DNA of 64,000 nucleotides, taken from contig CAZBLW010000002.1 of assembly GCA_964493305.1 (NCBI GenBank), positions 142,812 to 206,811 of the forward strand, in the 5' to 3' direction. Under the pieces are notes generated by a model, which worked only from the letters and a program-made list of their open reading frames with translations, did no database searches and had not been told where the DNA came from. Positions 59,399 to 64,000 of this stretch are shown here, one piece after another. The stretch comes from an uncultured Gammaproteobacteria bacterium (GTDB lineage: Bacteria > Patescibacteriota > Patescibacteriia > S139-126). The translations under genes were made by a program, and so were the position numbers. The number at the start of each line of letters is the position of its first letter. Positions within the stretch are counted from its first letter, which is position 1.

Positions 59399-59543
59399 CT
59401 CTTGCCAAAATTATCTAAGTTTGATATATTATGTTTTGTTATCAAGTTAGGATACAGGATATAGGAGATAGGGTTTTAGGATTAATTACAAAATTAAAAT
59501 AAATTAGTAATTAATAATTAGTAATTAGTCATTTTACTTTTAT

Positions 59544-59619
59544 GGGTCGTTAGCTCAGTTGGTAGAGCGCCAGGCTTTTAACCTGGGCGTCACAGGTTCG
59601 AATCCTGTACGACCCACCA
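59544..59619 (+). tRNA. tRNA-Lys(TTT)
   Basis: GGGTCGT acceptor stem, TAGCTCAGTTGGTAGAGC, CCAGG-CTTTTAA-CCTGG, GGTTCGAATCC, CCA. Confidence 0.97.
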
Positions 59620-59743
59620 CTGTTTACTCCACCCTAATTATCAGGGTGTTTTTTTATTGACAAAATTAATATTTTTGCTAGCATAAGTAAATTGCGATCT
59701 TTTATAATTAACAAAAATAAACACAAATTGACGGAGGTCATTC

Positions 59744-61123
59744 TTGGAAAATCTATCTTTTTCTTGGTTGGTTATTTTGCCTTTTGCTTTTATGCTCGGC
59801 ATAATTGCCATTTTTCCTTTATGGAAAAAAACTACCCACAGTTGGGAAAAAAATTTATTTAAGCTATCACTAGCTTTAGTATTAGGTATCCCGGTAGCTA
59901 TTTGGATGTTAGTAATTGGTCAAAGCCAAGCGGTTATTCATGCGCTAGTTGAATACGGTCAGTTTATTATCTTACTTACAACTTTATTTGTTATTTCTGG
60001 CAATGTTTTTTTGCAAGGCGATATTGAGGCCACACCAATAACCAATGTAAAATTTTTAGCTGTCGGCGGAATCCTAGCTTCTTTTATTGGTACTACTGGA
60101 GCAGCCATGATACTAATTAGACCCTTGCTCAATACCAACAAAGAAAGAAAGTATGTAGTTCATACGGTGGTATTTTTTATTTTTATTGTGGCTAATTGTG
60201 GTGGACTACTTACTCCTTTGGGTGATCCACCTTTGTTTTTGGGTATGCTCAGAGGCGTGCCTTTTAGTTGGACGTTTAATCTATGGTTAGAATGGTTATT
60301 TGTAGTCGGAATATTGTTGTTATTGTATTTTTTAATGGACGGTTATTATTATCAACATGAACCAACAAGCAATATCATCAGAGATCAAACTAATATCTTA
60401 CCAATCAAGTTGATTGGAAAAAGAAATTTATTGCTGTTGTTTGGAGTAGTTTTAGCCGTTGCTTTTGCTCCATCAATTGATTTGACTGCTTATCATCATA
60501 GCCATGATATGGCCAAGCTTATACCAGTTAGAGAAATAGTTATGGGACTTCTGATATTATTATCTCTACGTGGTCCCCAGGTAGCTCGCCGACAAAATGA
60601 ATTCAATTATCACGCCATTCAAGAGGTAGCCGCTTTGTTTATTGGTATATTCCTTACCATGATTCCCGCCCTGATGTTTTTACGGCAAATTGCTCCCACT
60701 TTACCATTAAACGAAATAACTTTTTTTATTTTTACTGGCGGTTTGAGTTCAGTACTTGATAACGCCCCAACTTATTTAACTTTTTTTGAAATGGCTCAAG
60801 CAATGGGCGGTGAACCAGCGGTAGCTGGTGTTTACGAACCGTATTTGATTTCCATTTCTTTGGGAGCAGTATTTTGTGGAGCGATGACCTATATTGGCAA
60901 TGGTCCAAATTTTATGGTTAAAGCCATAGCTGAAGAAAGAAATATTAATATGCCTTCTTTTGTAGGTTATTTAAAGTGGTCACTAACTATTTTAGTTCCT
61001 TTGTTTACTGCGCTGGTAATGATATTTATTGCTGGTGGTTGGTGGATGGTGATTGGCTCTAGTTTTTTGACACTTTATATTTTGTTCTTTTTTTATTTGA
61101 GTTATCAAAAAAAACGCGTATAG
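59744..61123 (+). CDS. Putative sodium:proton antiporter (ion transporter superfamily)
   Basis: Many TM segments; IGTTGA, NCGGLLTPLGDPPLFLG, LDNAPTY, TYIGNGPNFMVK; GGAGG before a TTG start. Confidence 0.85.
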   Translation: MENLSFSWLVILPFAFMLGIIAIFPLWKKTTHSWEKNLFKLSLALVLGIPVAIWMLVIGQSQAVIHALVEYGQFIILLTTLFVISGNVFLQGDIEATPITNVKFLAVGGILASFIGTTGAAMILIRPLLNTNKERKYVVHTVVFFIFIVANCGGLLTPLGDPPLFLGMLRGVPFSWTFNLWLEWLFVVGILLLLYFLMDGYYYQHEPTSNIIRDQTNILPIKLIGKRNLLLLFGVVLAVAFAPSIDLTAYHHSHDMAKLIPVREIVMGLLILLSLRGPQVARRQNEFNYHAIQEVAALFIGIFLTMIPALMFLRQIAPTLPLNEITFFIFTGGLSSVLDNAPTYLTFFEMAQAMGGEPAVAGVYEPYLISISLGAVFCGAMTYIGNGPNFMVKAIAEERNINMPSFVGYLKWSLTILVPLFTALVMIFIAGGWWMVIGSSFLTLYILFFFYLSYQKKRV

Positions 61124-61133
61124 TGAAATCTCA

Positions 61134-61157
61134 GCCCTGATCAATCAGGGCTTTTTT
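61134..61157 (+). terminator. Terminator
   Basis: AGCCCTGAT/ATCAGGGCT plus T-tract. Confidence 0.7.
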
Positions 61158-61200
61158 ATTTGTTTTTAAATTATATGTTATACTTTATTTAGAAAATATT

Positions 61201-63954
61201 ATGGATAAAACAATTTTACAAAAAGATTTTCATAGTTTGGAAACTGACCAAGTCATAGAAATTTTGGCTAGTTCAATATATGGTTTAGCAAATGATGAAG
61301 TTGCTGCCAGGTTGAAGAATTTTGGAACCAATGTTTTACCAGAGCAAAAAAAGACGTCGAAGTTGCTGATGTTTTTTTCCCAATTCAATAGCTTGTTAGT
61401 TTATTTATTGTTGGGAGCGGCGGTTTTGTCATTTTATTTTGATCATCTGGTTGATGCAGTAGTTATTTTTATTGTGGTGATATTTAATGCTGTTTTTGGT
61501 TTTGTACAAGAGTATCGTTCGGCCAAAGCAATTGCTGCTTTGAAAAAATTAGTCAAAGATACAATCCGAGTTTTACGCAATGGCCAACAGATTGAGATTG
61601 AGGTGGCCCAGTTAGTTCCCGGCGATATTATGCTGGTGGCAGAAGGTGATAAATTACCGGCTGATGGGCGGGTAATTGAAGCTAAGAATTTACTTATCAA
61701 TGAAGCTTCACTGACTGGGGAATCTTTGCCACAAAGAAAGTCAGCGGCTGAGGTTAAACCCAAAACCGCCCTGCAAGAAAGAACCAATATGATTTATAGC
61801 GGCACAGTAGTGGTAGCCGGTGAGGGTAAAGTTATAGTTACTGCCACTGGGATGTATACTGAGTTAGGAAAAATAGCTACGCAAGTACAAAGTTCCAAAA
61901 AAGGTAAAAGTCATTTTATGGACAAAGTTGATCACTTGGGTAAACAATTGGCAATTATTGCTATAATTGGTTCTTTATTGGTAGTTTTAATCGGCTGGTT
62001 CAATGATTTTGCTTGGTTTGATTTATTGTTATTTGGTATTGCCTCAGCCGTATCCGGTATTCCTGAGGGTTTGCCAGTAGTATTGGTAGTAGTTTTGGCA
62101 ATTGGTGTACAAAGGATGGCTAAGCGTCAAGCTATTGTTAAACATCTGGCCTCGGTAGAACCATTGGGAATGGTCGATGTCATCTGTACTGACAAGACCG
62201 GTACGTTGACTAAAAATGTTATGACGGTGACGAATATTTTTTATGGTGGTAAGGATGTAGCTGTCAGCGGCACGGGTTATAAATTGGTGGGAGATTTTTG
62301 GTTGGATAAAAATAAAATTGTACCCCTGACTGATCCTTGGTTATCACGTATCTTGCTGGCTGGTTCAATCGTACATCATTCTTCTTTGGTATTGAAATCA
62401 GATGAAGACAATAAAGAAGAAGCGGCAGCGGTGGTGGGCGATCCCACTGAGGTAGCTTTGATGATTGCTGCTCACAAGGCCGGACTTAGTAAGGAACAAT
62501 TGTTGGTTGATAATAAAGTAATAGATAATTTGCCCTTCAATTCTGATTATAAATTTCAATCAGCTCTGGTAAGTAGTAAATTACCCGATGATTCTTGGGA
62601 AAACAATTTATATACCATTGGTGCTTTGGAGTCGTTATGGCCACGTTGTAAAAAAATTTTATGGCAGGGTGAAGAAAAAAAGCTAAGCAAAGATTTAGCT
62701 GAACAATATAATAAAAAACATAAAGAATTGGCTCAAGCCGGCCATCGACTGATTGCCATTGGTTATAAAAAAGTTAGCATTAAACAAAGTGAAATCAATC
62801 ATGAAGATGTCGATAGTTTAACTCTACTTGGCTTATTTGCCATTATTGATCCGCCCAGGGAGGAGGTAAAAGTTGCTATTGAATTATGTCAACGAGCTGG
62901 CATCAGAGTGGTGATGATTACTGGTGACAACATCGATACGGCTACTGCCATTGGCAATCAAATTGGTTTGCTGCAAAAAAAGGATAACCCAGGGCAAGTT
63001 TATACTGATATGGAAATAGCTGATTTCAACGACAAACAGTTTGCTGAGATGGCTAGTAAGGTAAAAATTTTAGCTAGAGTATCGCCGACAACCAAAATGC
63101 GTCTTGTCAAAGCCCTTCAGGCTACAGGACACACTGTGGCAATGACCGGTGATGGAGTTAATGACGCCCCGGCTTTACAACAAGCTGATATAGGTGTAGC
63201 TATGGGTAAGGTAGGTACTGACGTTGCTCGAGAAGCAGCAGAGATTATATTGGCCGATGATAATTTTGCCACCTTAGTTAAAGCAGTTGAAGAAGGCAGA
63301 GCAGTATTCAATAACGTCAGAAGAACCTCGGCTTTTTTGGTAACTACCAACGTGGCTGAGTTTTTAACATTGATAGTCATGTTGTTATTGGGCGTTGGTA
63401 TGCCACTGTTACCAATTCAAATTTTGTGGCTGAATTTGGTGACCGATGGGTTTGCCGGCATTTCACTGGCTACGGAAAAAACTCACGGAGATGTATTGTA
63501 CCGAGAACCGTTTCCTCGGGGTACAAAAATTTTAAATAAAGAGGTATTTGATTTGATTTTTATTGTTGGTTTGTTGATGGTTATGTGTGCGATAGTAATT
63601 GGTTATCCTATCCTCAAAGCCGGTTTGCCTGAGTATGGTCGCAGTTTGATTTTTGCCAGTATGTCACTGTTGCAGTTGTGGAATGTCTATAACTTGCGAT
63701 CAATGAATAAATCTATTTGGCGAGTCGGTTGGTTCAACAACAATTATATTAATATCGGTATCCTAGCATCATTGTTTATGATGTTGGTAGTAATGTATGT
63801 TCCATTTTTACAAGACGTATTTTCTTTTGTGCCTTTAACCTTTAAGGATTGGTTGATGATTGTACCTCTGACTTTCTCGGTGGTCATCGGAGTGGAGATT
63901 TATAAATATTTTAAATTTTATGATAAACGTTTATTTAAAAAGACAGATGCTTGA
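61201..63954 (+). CDS. Cation-transporting P-type ATPase (P2A, Ca2+-like)
   Basis: TGES, PEGL, DKTGT, TGDGVNDAP, QILWLNLVTD. Confidence 0.95.
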   Translation: MDKTILQKDFHSLETDQVIEILASSIYGLANDEVAARLKNFGTNVLPEQKKTSKLLMFFSQFNSLLVYLLLGAAVLSFYFDHLVDAVVIFIVVIFNAVFGFVQEYRSAKAIAALKKLVKDTIRVLRNGQQIEIEVAQLVPGDIMLVAEGDKLPADGRVIEAKNLLINEASLTGESLPQRKSAAEVKPKTALQERTNMIYSGTVVVAGEGKVIVTATGMYTELGKIATQVQSSKKGKSHFMDKVDHLGKQLAIIAIIGSLLVVLIGWFNDFAWFDLLLFGIASAVSGIPEGLPVVLVVVLAIGVQRMAKRQAIVKHLASVEPLGMVDVICTDKTGTLTKNVMTVTNIFYGGKDVAVSGTGYKLVGDFWLDKNKIVPLTDPWLSRILLAGSIVHHSSLVLKSDEDNKEEAAAVVGDPTEVALMIAAHKAGLSKEQLLVDNKVIDNLPFNSDYKFQSALVSSKLPDDSWENNLYTIGALESLWPRCKKILWQGEEKKLSKDLAEQYNKKHKELAQAGHRLIAIGYKKVSIKQSEINHEDVDSLTLLGLFAIIDPPREEVKVAIELCQRAGIRVVMITGDNIDTATAIGNQIGLLQKKDNPGQVYTDMEIADFNDKQFAEMASKVKILARVSPTTKMRLVKALQATGHTVAMTGDGVNDAPALQQADIGVAMGKVGTDVAREAAEIILADDNFATLVKAVEEGRAVFNNVRRTSAFLVTTNVAEFLTLIVMLLLGVGMPLLPIQILWLNLVTDGFAGISLATEKTHGDVLYREPFPRGTKILNKEVFDLIFIVGLLMVMCAIVIGYPILKAGLPEYGRSLIFASMSLLQLWNVYNLRSMNKSIWRVGWFNNNYINIGILASLFMMLVVMYVPFLQDVFSFVPLTFKDWLMIVPLTFSVVIGVEIYKYFKFYDKRLFKKTDA

Positions 63955-64000
63955 CCAAGTAAAAAATTTTTGCTATAATTAATATATGGTGAGACAAATA

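Noticed and set aside
1-64000. CRISPR array, DGR, retron, rRNA
   Set aside because: No regularly spaced repeats, cas genes, reverse transcriptase motifs or rRNA sequence seen.
1-64000. Alternative genetic code (UGA=Gly as in Gracilibacteria)
   Set aside because: Conserved genes translate full length in code 11 and TGA acts as a stop (e.g. 785, 63954).

Overview
Bacterial chromosomal segment in the standard genetic code, most likely from a Patescibacteria/CPR (Parcubacteria-like) organism. This assignment is inferred from the missing rpmD/L30, mostly SD-less AT-rich starts, ribosomal protein extensions and the gene complement. Bases 1-23398 are an island at the 3' end of tRNA-Ser(GCT) made of two related, tandemly integrated elements. 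Each has a ParB-type DNA methyltransferase, a TerS-like HTH gene, a large serine recombinase and a conserved att end. Element A (left, truncated by the window) also carries a terminase large subunit, with no portal or capsid gene after it. Element B (3966-23398) has no TerL and instead carries defence cargo: a thermonuclease preceded by a riboswitch-like structured RNA, sce7726/sce7725-like genes, HigBA with an ImmA-type antitoxin, and a type I R-M system with an embedded RloC-like ATPase-HEPN gene and an HTH-fused HsdM. The rest is mostly core genome: comF, clpC, htpX, lemA, a large repeat-rich surface protein, a T9SS-CTD protein, the str/S10/spc ribosomal cluster through secY-adk-map, yqgF, a WecA/MraY-like transferase, rplU, recR, ybaB, dnaB, a lytic transglycosylase, tRNA-Lys, an antiporter and a P-type ATPase. 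All calls come from motif recognition by eye; no searches were run.
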